From the NCBI GenBank assembly GCA_963804995.1, contig CAWDSK010000006.1:640001-704000 (forward strand): a DNA stretch of 64,000 nucleotides, in the 5' to 3' direction. Source of the stretch: an uncultured Acidobacteriota bacterium (GTDB lineage: Bacteria; Acidobacteriota; Terriglobia; UBA7540). A program made the translations under genes and the position numbers. Under the pieces are notes generated by a model. The model was not told the DNA's origin and ran no database searches. It saw only the letters and a list, made by a program, of their open reading frames with translations. Below, one piece after another: positions 53,317 to 64,000 of the stretch (the stretch's first letter is position 1; the number at the start of each line of letters is the position of its first letter).

Positions 53317-55331
53317 CCGAACTTTCGCACTTCAGGGTGTTGAGTTGGGTTAACTCGCTTCTTTTCAGTACAGGCATTGCCAAGGTCTGGCCTACAAACG
53401 CAGCATTCCAGCAGGAAAGATTTCCGGCTGGACCGTGATCCTGGGCGGTGGCTGAGTGGGGAGCACGAGCTGCAGTTCGTGCAACAGGAGCTTTTGTTCG
53501 GGTGTCGGCTCGGTGTAGCGGGGCATCACTAATCGGCGCCCATCCGTGGTCGGGAAAGACACATCGAGCATCTGCATGCCCGCCAGCTTCTCCAGCACCG
53601 CTTTCGGCGTCAGGCCCGGAGCGTGGGCCTGCAGACGCTGTTTCAGCGTCACCCACAAGCCGTACGCCAGAAAGGCAATGAGGATGTGGGCCTCGACGCG
53701 ATGTTCTATTTGATGATAAATCGGCCGAATTCCCAGCTCACTCTTCAAACACTTAAAGGCCGCTTCGATCTGCGCCAGTTGCATGTAGCGGTCCCACAAC
53801 ACCTCGGGATTTTCCCCCGTCAGATTGGTGCGCAACAGATAATGTCCATCGCGCCGCTCCGCTTCCTCCAACTTGCTGCGCTCGAGCCGGAACTGGAAGG
53901 TCTGGCGAGTCACTTCTTCCTGGGCCTTGGGCACGCTGATCTTCACGAAACCGAAGGCCCGTCCGGCTTCACTCTTGGCTGCTCCGATCTTCATCAGCAA
54001 CGCATCACGCGTCGGACACACGCGCCGCAAGGCCCGCAGCCTCCACAACAGCCGTGCCAGCTTGCGTCGACGGATGGCCATCTCTTTCGCCTGGCGGCCT
54101 GCGCTCTTCGCCAGCACATACAACTCGCCTTCCTCCGCGAACAGTTTCACCTCTACCGACTCGCGCACCTTCCGCCACGGCAGTTCCGTCTACTTCGCTT
54201 CGTACTGCCGGATCTTGCCCCGTGGCGTCCCCACCAGGTAAAACATCTCCCGCCCCGGGGTGCGCATCTCCGCCAGCAGTTCTTCACTGGGAACTCCCCG
54301 ATCCATCATCCACACCCGCCGTGCCTTGCCGTACACGCTCTCGATCTTGTCCAGAAAACCGCGCAAGCTGTTCCGGTCGGAAGTATTCCCCTCCATCACT
54401 TCGTAGGCCAGCGGGAAACCTTCCGGCGTCAGCACCAGGGCGATCACCACCTGCCGACAGTCGAACCGCCCGTCCCGGCTGTAACCGTGGCGGGCTTTGG
54501 GAATCGCTTCCGCCTCTCCTTCCACATAGGTGCTGGTGAGATCGTAGAGGAGCAGATCAAAGCGCGCCGCAAAGAGGTCTTGCCACCGCAGCCGCAGGTG
54601 CTGGAACAACTCCGCCTTGTGCGCCAGTATTCGATCCAGACAACGATAGAGCCGGTCCTTCTCGGCCACCGCGAAGTTCACTGCCAGCAACTCGGCCATG
54701 GCGGTCTGATCGAACCAGTGCCGATGCACACGGAATTCGCTGCCCGGCTCGATCAACCGGTTCACCACCAGCAGCCGTAGCACCTTCTCCCACGGAACTC
54801 CCTCGCGCCCTTCCGGCAACCTCGCCTGCCAGAACTCGTCCAGCTTCAACTGGCGCCACAGCTCGCAGCCCAACCAACAGCCACCGAAGGTGCGCGGCCG
54901 CTCAACGCGCATTTCACTCAACTTCACTTGTACGCCGTCCACAGCATCCGCAGGAAGTTCGCGGTCCTCCGGGAAGAGGCTCAGGGACGCGAGGACGCGA
55001 CGGTCCTCGTCAAAAACCTCCAGCGTCTTGCGCCACGCGGATTGTTGGCTGTCGTTGATTTCGCCCAGATACAGCACCGTCCGATGCACGACCTTCGAGC
55101 GCGACACGCGCCGACTCTCGACGATGCTGAAATAACGATGTTCCTTGCCGTCCTTTTTGCGTCGATGAATCTTCAGGTGCACGCCCCAGAATGCCAGACC
55201 TTCGCGCCCCAGAAAAGAGGGTAGGTCGGGCCTACAAGCACTCTTCAACCCGCGCCCATTGAAGGCAAAGACCTTGTGCACCGCAAGCTGCCAAAATCAG
55301 CCCGGTAGCGGGTGGAAGTGCGAAAGGCAGG
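53317..55331 (-). mobile_element. IS1634 family element
   Basis: Imperfect TIRs CCGAACTTTCGCACTTC / CCTGCCTTTCGCACTTC; flanking direct repeat GGCCAA at 53311-53316 and 55330-55335 (exact right end ambiguous by 2 bp). Confidence 0.9.
53392..55182 (-). pseudogene. IS1634 transposase with in-frame TAG at 54190-54192
   Basis: LLYDLTSTYVEG, GYSRD, MMDRG, IEAAFKCLKSELGIRPIYHQ; reads YEAK*TELPW. Confidence 0.9.
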
Positions 55332-57099
55332 CCAAGCGTACGAAGAAGTACGACATGCTCTCGTAGCGCCCCGTAAAGGACGGCTCATCGATGGCAATTT
55401 CCCATCCTTGCCAGTTTTCCCCCGGACCGTGCTTTTGGATGATTTCATCCCAGGTGACGGACGAGGCCCGCACCCAAAACCCGATGGCAAAGGGCGCAGC
55501 GCGATCGAAGTCACCGGCATTACCAAAACTCACCTCCGTCTCGGGACTGAAGTCGGCATCCTTCCCGACGATGCCATTCTCATAAACAACCTGGCCGCGC
55601 ACCTCTTTACCGTCGCGATGGTTCCCCGAGGCATCGGTCAAGTCACCGTCCAGCGGGTAGTAAGCCACCAAGCCTTTATGCGAAGGCTCGGGGACGGAGA
55701 CAAGAGCCGTCTTCTGCCACTCGTTCCGTTGCGCCAGCAGTTCCTTTTCCGGCAAGGCGGCCAACAGGCTCGCGATCTGCGTTTTCAGCGCATCGAGATG
55801 CTCTTGCTGCTCGTGCGAGGGCAGCGGCAGGACGGGCACCGCGTTCCCCGTGTAGCCATCCAAACCGCGCTCCGGAACCGTGTTGAAGAAGGCGCTGAAG
55901 CGATAGAAATCCTTCTGCTTGATGGGATCGAATTTGTGATCGTGGCAGCGCGCGCATCCCATGGTGAGGCCCATCCAGGTGGTGGCCGTGGTGCTTACGC
56001 GATCGACCACGTACTCCACGTGATACTCCTCGGGAATGGCGCCGCCTTCAAAGTTGATTTCGTGATTGCGGTTGAACGCTGACGCGATTTTCTGTTCCCG
56101 CGTGGCGTTGGGCAGCAGATCGCCGGCGATCTGCTCGATGGTAAATTCGTCGTACGGCATATTCGCATTGAACGCCTGAATGACCCAGTCGCGCCAAGCC
56201 CACATGTTGCGCAGTGGATCAATGTGGTAGCCGTGCGAATCGGCATAGCGCGCCAAATCGAGCCAGGGCATCGCCATGCGCTCACCGTAATGAGGGGAAG
56301 CCAGTAGTTGATCGACACGCTTCTCGTAAGCGTCCGGTGAATGATCGGCCAGGAATGCATCAATCTCCGCGGGCGCGGGCGGCAAACCGGTGAGATCGAA
56401 ATACAGTCGGCGCAGAAGCGCGGCCTTGTCAGCCTCGGCAGAAGGCTTCAGCCCCTCGGCTTCGAGCCGCGCCAGCACAAAGTTGTCGATGGGATTTCGT
56501 GGCCACGCCTTGTCCTTAACTTCGGGTAAGGCGGGACGCTTGGGAGGGACGAAGGACCATTGCGTTGCCCATTTGGCCCCTTGGTCAATCCACTCCTTGA
56601 TGAGCTCGATCTGCTTTGGAGTCAGCGTACGGCCGGAATAAACCGGCGGCATGCGGAAGGATTCATCCGTCGAGCTGATCTTCTGGTAAAGCTTGCTCTG
56701 CGCGGAATTTCCCGGGACGATGATGCGATAGCCACCCCGGTCAGCGAACAGACCCTCGGTTTCGTCGAGACGCATGTTGGCCATGCGCTGCTTTTCGTCC
56801 GGACCGTGACAGGTAAAACACGTGTCCGACAAGATGGGGCGAATGTCGCGGTTGAAGTCGACCGGCTTAACGGCCGTCTGCGCCGGAGCGACAGAAGTAA
56901 CAAAGGTTGTGAAAAGAAGACAAGCGATAGATGACGAGATGACAAAAGCCAAGAGCAGCCGTGTTCTCAAGCGGATTACCCCTGCGGTATGGTAGAAACA
57001 CACCCTTCCGTACCTAAACTATAGCGAAATAATGTCCCAATTCCAATGATACTTTTTGCCCGTTGTAGCGCCGACCATATGGTTTTTGAATTTATAAGT

Positions 57100-58430
57100 C
57101 AGTGCTGTCCCAAGAAAGTTGGGGCGCATCGCCGTAACTGCTTGATCGAAAAGAAGTAAGAGGTCGGGATGTTACTTTTCGATTTCAATTTTCTGCGGCT
57201 CTTTTGGCATCATTCTGTTGTGTCCCAGCCCAAGCCGGAGGCAGCAGATGAATGTTGGTCGCAGTGTTTTCTCGCAACTTTTGGATTTTCTCCCGACCTA
57301 CCAGTTCGAGATTTGCGTCGATCGCTACCAGGGCAATCGTTACGTGAAGGACTTCTCTTGTTGGGACCAGTTCCTTTGCTTGCTGTTCGCTCAACTCACT
57401 TATCGCCGCAGCTTGCGCGATATCGAAGCTTGTCTGCGCGCCCAGCCCTCCAAACTTTATCATATGGGTTTTCGCGGACAAGTTTCGCGCAACACGCTGG
57501 CGCACGCCAACGAGGTTCGCGACTGGCGCATCTACCGCGACTTCGCGCAAGCGTTGATTCACCTCGCGCGCGATCTTTACCGCGAGGAATCTTTCGGCGT
57601 GGACTTGTCCGAGACCGTGTATGCCTTCGACTCGACCACCATCGATTTGTGCTTGTCGCTCTTCCCTTGGGGAAAGTTCCGCCGGCACAAAAGTGCGGTC
57701 AAACTACATACCCTGTTGGACGTGCGCGGCAGCATTCCGACCAGTGTTTATGTGACCGGCGGGCAGGTGCACGATGTCAACCTTCTCAACGAACTGTTCC
57801 TGGAACCGGGAGCGCTTTACTTGCTCGACCGCGGTTATGTGGACTTCGCGCGTCTCTATCTGTTCACGCAAGCCTGCGCCTTTTTCGTTACGCGCGCCAA
57901 AAAGAACTTGCAGTTCTACCTGCGCACCTCGCGCCCGGTCGATCGCTCCAGCGGCCTGCGCTGCGACCAAATCATTCGCCTCACCGGCATCCGCACGGCG
58001 CAACGCTATCCCGATCAACTTCGTCGCATCGTCTTCTACGATGCCGAAAAAGACTCGCGGCTGACCTTCCTGACCAACAACTTTTCCCTGCTTCCCTTGC
58101 TCATCGCCCAACTCTATCGGGTACGCTGGCAGGTGGAACTGTTCTTTCGCTGGATCAAACAGCACCTCCGCATCAAGGCTTTTTACGGTACCTCCGAGAA
58201 CGCCGTGAAGACGCAAGTGTGGGTCGCCCTGGCGGCTTACGTTCTGGTAGCCATCGCCAAAAAGCAACTCGGGCTGGACATGAGTCTCTATCAAATTCTC
58301 GAAATTCTCAGTGTCACGATCTTCGAAAAAACCCCGATTTTAGAGGGTTTTTCCAACTTCAACGAGCAATCTACCGATGTCGATCCAGGTATCCAATTGA
58401 GCCTGTTCGACTTGTAATGGGACAGCACTG
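57100..58430 (+). mobile_element. IS4 family element, 1331 bp
   Basis: Perfect 13-bp TIR CAGTGCTGTCCCA; 9-bp target duplication TTTATAAGT at 57091-57099 and 58431-58439. Confidence 0.96.
57248..58417 (+). CDS. IS4 family transposase
   Basis: FDSTTI, LDRGY, YRVRWQVELFFRWIKQ. Confidence 0.95.
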   Translation: MNVGRSVFSQLLDFLPTYQFEICVDRYQGNRYVKDFSCWDQFLCLLFAQLTYRRSLRDIEACLRAQPSKLYHMGFRGQVSRNTLAHANEVRDWRIYRDFAQALIHLARDLYREESFGVDLSETVYAFDSTTIDLCLSLFPWGKFRRHKSAVKLHTLLDVRGSIPTSVYVTGGQVHDVNLLNELFLEPGALYLLDRGYVDFARLYLFTQACAFFVTRAKKNLQFYLRTSRPVDRSSGLRCDQIIRLTGIRTAQRYPDQLRRIVFYDAEKDSRLTFLTNNFSLLPLLIAQLYRVRWQVELFFRWIKQHLRIKAFYGTSENAVKTQVWVALAAYVLVAIAKKQLGLDMSLYQILEILSVTIFEKTPILEGFSNFNEQSTDVDPGIQLSLFDL

Positions 58431-58473
58431 TTTATAAGTTGTAAATTGTCCTGACGCCCCGTCCGTGGAAGTA

Positions 58474-58635
58474 ACCCCCTCATCCGTCCTCCTACGTCGG
58501 CCACCTTCTCCCGCCACGGCGGATCTGCGACCCCTGGGAGAAAACTGGGACCTACGGTGCCTAGCCCTCTCCGAGGGGAGAGGGTGGACCGCAGCCGGCG
58601 TCTTCATCAGCCGGGGCGGGACGGGTGAGGGGTCA
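58474..58635. repeat. Composite palindromic repeat (CCCTCTCC..GGAGAGGG type)
   Basis: ACCCCCTCATCCGTCC ... GGACGGGTGAGGGG outer inverted repeat with internal hairpins; partial relative near 32601. Confidence 0.6.
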
Positions 58636-59237
58636 CTTGGGCGATTGAGAATTCTACAAGCTAAAAATCCAAAAACCATTAGGTCGGCATTTTCGCCTAT
58701 TGCCTCCCGGCTGACCTCCCGACCATATCGAGACAGGCCGCCATTCACAACCACTGCGGTGCATTTGAGCCCCAACGGGCGATCCAGCACAGCCCAAGCC
58801 TGCGCGAATGGCACAAGCCACATCGACGCTTGAGCCCCATAAGGGGCTGCGTGAAAACTGACAAAATCGGCATTTCCCTGAGGAGCAATCATTAAGTTAT
58901 GTTGTGGAGAAGGCGATTTTGGCGGCTATCACACAAGCTCCTGCGGGAAGGACCGAGGCGCCGCTGCGCTGCCTGCTGCCCAATTTGTTCCTGTGTGCCC
59001 CCCACACCCCCGCGCACAAAACGTGCGGGTGTGGGAGCACCCAAACATATCTTAAAAAGCAGCAAGCCTCGCGCGAACTGTATTGCTTCTCGCGGGTAAC
59101 TTCTGAGCAGAAACTTGAGGGGCGGGGGTTACACTCCGCCCCCCGGTGAGCCAATGAAGGTTCTTCACTACGTCGAGGAATCCAAACAAGAGTTTGCTTC
59201 CTACCCGATCCCCGTTGACAACAGTCTGAGCCTACTA

Positions 59238-59792
59238 TCACCTGCCCAGGAACTGCACGTGCGCGTAGGTGCCCAGCCTGACATTGAAAGCCAGATACCA
59301 ACCCACGTGGTCCGGATCGTCATAGATTACGACTTGGTCAGAGTCCCAGAGCCAATCGTTGCAGTAATCATAGTCATAGGGGGCAACGCCGAAATAGAAA
59401 CCATTAAACCAGAAACGGTCGCGGCCGCCTCCGCCCAGATGCCACACGTGGCTGCGCCCAATGCCACCTTCAAAACGCCCGTGCTCCCAGGGATGATCGA
59501 GGCGGTAGTGTTCATCGTTGGGGCCGGATTCATGTCCAACCCATTTCCCGTTGGCGTGAACATGCGGGGCTTCGGGATGCCCTTGTACGTCGCGATAACT
59601 TGGTCTTTCTGTGGCTTGATGTTCGGCGGTATGCGCGGGTGGATTACTCACCCGCGTCGGACCATGCGCCGGTATCTTTCCCTGATTGGGACCGCTACGT
59701 TCTTCACCCTTGCCCTTACCCTCGCCGTGTTGCGCGAATGCAGGAACCGAGAGTATCAACAGGACCGTGAAGACAACAGCCAGTTTTTTCAT
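59238..59792 (-). CDS. Secreted hypothetical protein (His/Gly/aromatic-rich)
   Basis: Signal peptide MKKLAVV...PAFA; C-terminal [23 protein letters not shown]. Confidence 0.8.
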   Translation of the reverse strand: MKKLAVVFTVLLILSVPAFAQHGEGKGKGEERSGPNQGKIPAHGPTRVSNPPAHTAEHQATERPSYRDVQGHPEAPHVHANGKWVGHESGPNDEHYRLDHPWEHGRFEGGIGRSHVWHLGGGGRDRFWFNGFYFGVAPYDYDYCNDWLWDSDQVVIYDDPDHVGWYLAFNVRLGTYAHVQFLGR

Positions 59793-60198
59793 ATCATCCT
59801 CCCATCAAAACCTACGATTTGCTTCACACGAGAATTGGGCCTTTTTTCGATGTAGACGCGGCTTTATGTCGCCATTTGGCGAGGTAATCTCGCCGCTACA
59901 TCATCAAACCGAACGGCAGGGTAACCGCCAGCTCGAAAGTGACATAATGAGCGAGCATTGTAAGTAGCCCTGCACTTCCTTCGGACGGATTGCCCCCCCA
60001 AGGAGTTACTTCCAGGCTTTCCGCACCGGACCGCAGCCCCTGTCGACAGCCCTCGATTGTGCCCGTCTTCAATAGGTTAGCAAAGAATGAGAAAAATTGG
60101 AAATCAACAATTCCGGGCCATAATGAGGTAACTAATATTGCCGCTGCGTCGTCGTAAAAGTTGTAAAATAGGCGCAGCCGATGCAAGGGGGGTCCACC

Positions 60199-61953
60199 AT
60201 GAGATGCGATCGTTTAGGACGCGTACTCGTGGTTGTGGTCGTGGGGCTGTCGTTCCTGCCAGCAGCTCTCTTTTCCCAACAAGCTGTTTCGCACGCGCGG
60301 GTGGTGCGCCTGAGCTACGTCAGTGGCACTGTGGCCTTGAAGCGGGCCAGGGCCTCTGAGTGGACCAGCGCACTCGTGAACACACCCATCCAGGAAGGCT
60401 TCGAGCTGTCGACCGCGGCCGACAGTTTTGCGGAAGTGGAATTTGAGGATGGCGCCACGGCCCGATTGGGTGAACTCTCCAAGCTAGCCTTCACCCAACT
60501 GGCCCTGGATGCTGAGGGCAACAGGCTGACCTCCCTCACATTCGAAGAGGGTTATGCCACTTTCCATTTCGGCCCGACAGGTCGCAACCCGAATAGCGTG
60601 AAGATTGCAGACGCCACATTGACGCCTGAAGGTAGGAGCGAATTTCGTACGGATTTCCGCGAGGGTCGAATTCGTGTGGAAGTGTTCTTGGGTATGGTGG
60701 AGATTGTGACACTTCAAGGGTCTGTGAAGCTTAGTAAAGATAAGGTTCTGGAATACAACCCCAGCGCGCCAGAAAAAGCCTTCAACCTTCAGCACGGGAT
60801 CACGAGCGACGCGTGGGATAAGTGGGTAGCAGCGCGGGATGAGCAAGAGATGCGCGCCTGGAATGACCAGGGTGTGCCGTCGCAGGGTCTGAGGTATGGC
60901 TGGAGCGATCTCGATACTTATGGCGAGTGGGTCCAAATCCCCAGCTACGGTCTTGGGTGGGCCCCCTATTCGCAGGTGGGCTGGACCCCGTACAGCAACG
61001 GTATGTGGGGGATGTACCCGGGCACAGGTTGGACCTGGATTTCTGCTGACCCTTGGGGCTGGCTGCCGTATCACTGTGGGGCATGGGACTTCGACGATTC
61101 CTTTGGATGGTTTTGGCAGATGCCCATGGGCGGTTGCTTTAACTGGCAGGGCGCGCTGGTTAATTGGTATGCGGGCCCGGGATGGATTGGCTGGACGCCC
61201 CAATCACCGAGTTGGCGGCCTCACCCGCATCCTGTGACCGGCGGGCCGACACCTAGCCGGCCGCTGCCGAGTCTCCTGGGGGGACGCATGGTGACCACGG
61301 TTCCCATCAGTGCCTTCCAGAATGGGCGGGTAATCACCCCTCAGACTGTTGGCCACGTCCAAATGGGTGAGGGGATTGAGCTTGTGCACCCACCCTTGTC
61401 GCCTTCCGTGGAAGCTACGCTATCCGCAGCGCAGCTAATGTCGGGTGCGAAGCAGTCACCCCAAGGGCCATCACCGTCCCCATCAACTCGTGGCGCTGCG
61501 GCTCCGTCCAGCATCCTGATAGGTGGCAATCCGGCAAAAGAGCAGGAGATCCTCTCGGACCACCGGGGCTTCCTGGCACGTGTTAGGGGTACGGGCCCTT
61601 TGCCGCAGGCCCAGCCCTTGCGTGCGCGTGAGGGGGCGACCTTGGGTGGTCACTTCCCGGTGCATGGTAACGTGGGTGAGTTCCGCGGTGAAGCCTTCGG
61701 GCCTGCCAGTGAAGCCAGGGGTTCAGAACCCGGGCACGGATTGAGCCCCGGGCCTGCCGTCGTTTCCCACACGTCACCCGGCGGAGGCTCTTACGGCGGT
61801 GGTCACGGCGGCAGTGGCTACTCAGGTGGAGGTGGCGGCGCGGTGCACGGTGGCGGAGGCGGCGGTGGAGGTGGCGGTAGTCACAGCTCCGCAGGTGGCG
61901 GTGGAGGTGGTGGAGGATTTGGCGGCGGTGGTGGTGGCGGCGGACACCACTGA
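60199..61953 (+). CDS. FecR-like + DUF6600-like exported protein with Pro/Gly-rich tail
   Basis: HARVVRLSYVSG, AEVEFEDG, DLDTYGEW, WTPYSNGMW, PWGWLPYH; poly-Gly end. Confidence 0.85.
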   Translation: MRCDRLGRVLVVVVVGLSFLPAALFSQQAVSHARVVRLSYVSGTVALKRARASEWTSALVNTPIQEGFELSTAADSFAEVEFEDGATARLGELSKLAFTQLALDAEGNRLTSLTFEEGYATFHFGPTGRNPNSVKIADATLTPEGRSEFRTDFREGRIRVEVFLGMVEIVTLQGSVKLSKDKVLEYNPSAPEKAFNLQHGITSDAWDKWVAARDEQEMRAWNDQGVPSQGLRYGWSDLDTYGEWVQIPSYGLGWAPYSQVGWTPYSNGMWGMYPGTGWTWISADPWGWLPYHCGAWDFDDSFGWFWQMPMGGCFNWQGALVNWYAGPGWIGWTPQSPSWRPHPHPVTGGPTPSRPLPSLLGGRMVTTVPISAFQNGRVITPQTVGHVQMGEGIELVHPPLSPSVEATLSAAQLMSGAKQSPQGPSPSPSTRGAAAPSSILIGGNPAKEQEILSDHRGFLARVRGTGPLPQAQPLRAREGATLGGHFPVHGNVGEFRGEAFGPASEARGSEPGHGLSPGPAVVSHTSPGGGSYGGGHGGSGYSGGGGGAVHGGGGGGGGGGSHSSAGGGGGGGGFGGGGGGGGHH

Positions 61954-62131
61954 TCCACGATCCCACTGCTCCTGTTGAATGTTCATCTTTGACCTCTCAG
62001 GGGAGGCAGGTTGGCGCCCCGACCAGTCGGGGCGATTCACGTCATCAAACCGCACAAGAACCGCAGGGCTACGCTCGCCCTGCGCCAGCCGACCCAACCC
62101 TAAATCACTAAATCACCCGCAGGCCTGACCC

Positions 62132-63358
62132 TCACCAATTGGTAATCGACCCGTCAGGCCGATGCAGCATGGGAATGGGCCGCTTCGCTTCGGTGATCTC
62201 CGCCGCCAGGTGCAGCGTCTTCGTGTTGAGCCTCACGCCCAGGCCCGGACGGCGGTTCGGCCACAGTTTGCCATTGCGGAAATCGTAGCATTCCGGCAGG
62301 TGCGCGTAATTGCTGTGGCCCTCACCGGTCATTTCCATCAGCACCGGCCCGGAGAAAACCGAGCAAGCGTGCACCAGGGCGGCTTCTGAAACGGGTCCGG
62401 TGAAATGCGGGATGAGTCCCACATAATGGGTCTCGCAGAGCGCCTGGATTTTCATATACTCGGTGATGCCGCCCACGTTGGGAATCGTCACGCGCGCGTA
62501 ATCGATGAGTTGCTGTTCGATGAGCTCGTTCACGTCCCACTTGCTGCCAAATTGCTCACCCACGGCGATGGGGACTTTAACGTGCTGGCGCAATTCGCGA
62601 TAAATAGCGGGGCTTTCGGAACGTACCAGGTCTTCCGCAAAGTAGGGCTCCAGCGGCTCGATCAGCGTGCTCAGGCGCACCGCGTCGGGAAAATCGAGGC
62701 GAGTGTGATAATCGAGTGCCCAATCGCCGTCTTTGCCCACGCCCTCGCGAATCTCCACGCAATCCTCATAGGTCTTATCAACCATCTGACGCGCGCTGAA
62801 CGGTTGTCCCTCCGGCGGGTCAGACGTGGCGTGGCGATAGGCTCGGAAGCCAGCTTCGATGCAGGCGCGCGCCGTATCCTTCAAGCTGCCTCGGGAGGGA
62901 AAACCGGTGGCATAGCACTCGACGTGGTCCCGCGATGCGCCTCCCAGCAAGTCGCTCACGGGGACACCCAGGGCCTTGCCTTTGATGTCCCAAAGCGCCA
63001 TGTTGAGAGCGCCCAGCGCGTCAAGCTTCTCGCGTCCGGCTGGGTAGAAGTAACCGCGGTACATCATCTGCCAAAGGTGATCGATGCGGGATGGGTCCTC
63101 GCCAATCAGCATCGCGGCGCATTGTTCGACCGTGTCCTTCGTGCCCCCTTCGCCCACGCCCGTAATCCCCTGGTCGGTTTCAATCGTGACCATGTGGAAG
63201 CTCTGATTGAACGTGGGGCCGGAACTCGGATTCAGGTAAAAACGCACACGGGTGATTTTCATGGGTGGCGGTGCCGCGGCTTTTGCGACCGAGGGGAGAG
63301 CCGGCAACCCTGCGGCTGCCCCCACGGTTGCCAGTTGCAGAAATGATCGACGCTTCAT
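62132..63358 (-). CDS. Tat-exported mandelate racemase/muconate lactonizing enzyme family protein
   Basis: KRRSFL, ALWDIKGK, LDYH, FAED, AVGE, LIPH. Confidence 0.92.
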   Translation of the reverse strand: MKRRSFLQLATVGAAAGLPALPSVAKAAAPPPMKITRVRFYLNPSSGPTFNQSFHMVTIETDQGITGVGEGGTKDTVEQCAAMLIGEDPSRIDHLWQMMYRGYFYPAGREKLDALGALNMALWDIKGKALGVPVSDLLGGASRDHVECYATGFPSRGSLKDTARACIEAGFRAYRHATSDPPEGQPFSARQMVDKTYEDCVEIREGVGKDGDWALDYHTRLDFPDAVRLSTLIEPLEPYFAEDLVRSESPAIYRELRQHVKVPIAVGEQFGSKWDVNELIEQQLIDYARVTIPNVGGITEYMKIQALCETHYVGLIPHFTGPVSEAALVHACSVFSGPVLMEMTGEGHSNYAHLPECYDFRNGKLWPNRRPGLGVRLNTKTLHLAAEITEAKRPIPMLHRPDGSITNW

Positions 63359-63497
63359 AAGCCCTCCTGTTTTTCAACTACGCGTTCGCTGCGGTCATGA
63401 TTATACGCTGCGTGCGCCATTATACAGGTTGTAGCGGCGGTCTATGACCACCGGCCGGAGTTTCTACATTTACCTACGCTGTGAATTACATGCCGGA

Positions 63498-63608
63498 AAC
63501 CACCCCGCCGCTATCGCGCCTCCCCTCCTGATTCAGGAGGGGAGTTCCGCGAGGCTCCCCTCCTCAGATGAGGAGGGGCGACGCCCTAGCGGCGGGGGTG
63601 GTGCTGAG
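63498..63608. repeat. Head-to-head pair of CTCCCCTCC palindromic repeats
   Basis: ACCACCCCGCCG...CCCCTCCTGATTCAGGAGGGG then CTCCCCTCCTCAGATGAGGAGGGG...GGGGTGGTG; downstream of the tex stop. Confidence 0.8.
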
Positions 63609-63790
63609 CAGGAAAAGTAGAAACTCCAGGGAAGGGCGAAGCCCGATCATATCCCGAGCAGTCTCGCTAATTTGGACAACCTTGCTTCGCGAAGTGCCCC
63701 TACAACTGCCGCGACCTCCGGGGCTTTTCCGGTCATTAACTGGGAATCGAGGGCCTACGGAACAGGTTCGCGCCACGACTTGTCCGCCGC

Positions 63791-64000
63791 TTAGCGCGTC
63801 TTCCATTTCGCTGCAAGAATCGCGACTTTCTCCTCGAAAGTTAGTTCCGGCTTAGGTTTGGGTTGAGGCTTGGGTGGCCGGAGCGGCTTGGGTGGCCTGG
63901 ACGGCTCGGGTGGTTTGGGCGGGCGCTTGGGTTGCGCTCGCTCTTTGGGCGGCCGCCTGGCAGGCGGGTCTTGCAGGGCTTTGATCGACAGGGCGATACG
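63791..64000 (-). CDS. C-terminus of an S1-domain protein, probably Tex
   Basis: Manual translation RIALSIKALQDPP...(Pro/Lys-rich)...ELTFEEKVAILAAKWKTR*. Confidence 0.65.
   Translation of the reverse strand, partial: RIALSIKALQDPPARRPPKERAQPKRPPKPPEPSRPPKPLRPPKPQPKPKPELTFEEKVAILAAKWKTR

Larger units (their letters stand above)
51643..57003 (-). pseudogene. Planctomycete-type cytochrome c + DUF1549 + LamG + DUF1553 protein, split by IS1634
   Basis: CFTCHGPD, WLDLARYAD, CARCHDHKFDP, SHPQLLDWLA, TNTPLQAL; halves rejoin in frame as FVRLASHWPD. Confidence 0.92.

Noticed and set aside
51044..54192. Stop-codon recoding (TAA at 51044, TAG at 54190)
   Set aside because: Two different stop codons at positions best read as Gln and Trp/Leu; TAG and TAA terminate many genes normally in this window.
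61790..61950. GGC/GGT microsatellite as a separate repeat element
   Set aside because: It simply encodes the poly-Gly tail of the 60199..61953 protein.

Overview
GC-rich bacterial chromosomal window. Gene repertoire, split nuo cluster and intergenic repeats suggest Acidobacteriota (inferred, not verified). Core genes: nuoA-C-D-E-F-G-H-J-K (no nuoB or nuoI), thiS, a LytS-type kinase, aqpZ, proline dehydrogenase, trxB, an ABC-2 exporter, trpG, trpD, sucCD, ndk, xseA, pbpG, tdh and the 3' end of tex. Accessory and mobile DNA: an IS5 splitting a Ser/Thr kinase-TPR gene, two IS4 elements, an IS1634 splitting a DUF1549/DUF1553 cytochrome c gene, an MmeI-like type IIL restriction-modification gene, an ORF-less group IIC intron inserted at a REP hairpin, a HEPN-motif gene wedged between sucC and sucD, and many REP/MITE/heptamer repeats, some nested. 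The strongest signal is that five single-base frameshifts and several Asp-to-Asn substitutions fall on (C)TCGA(C). This looks like a DNA-methylation footprint in long-read consensus sequence, and the specificity residues of the MmeI-like enzyme in this window predict an NNCGAC target. A candidate structured leader RNA lies upstream of a CMD/AhpD gene. No tRNA, rRNA or CRISPR array was found.
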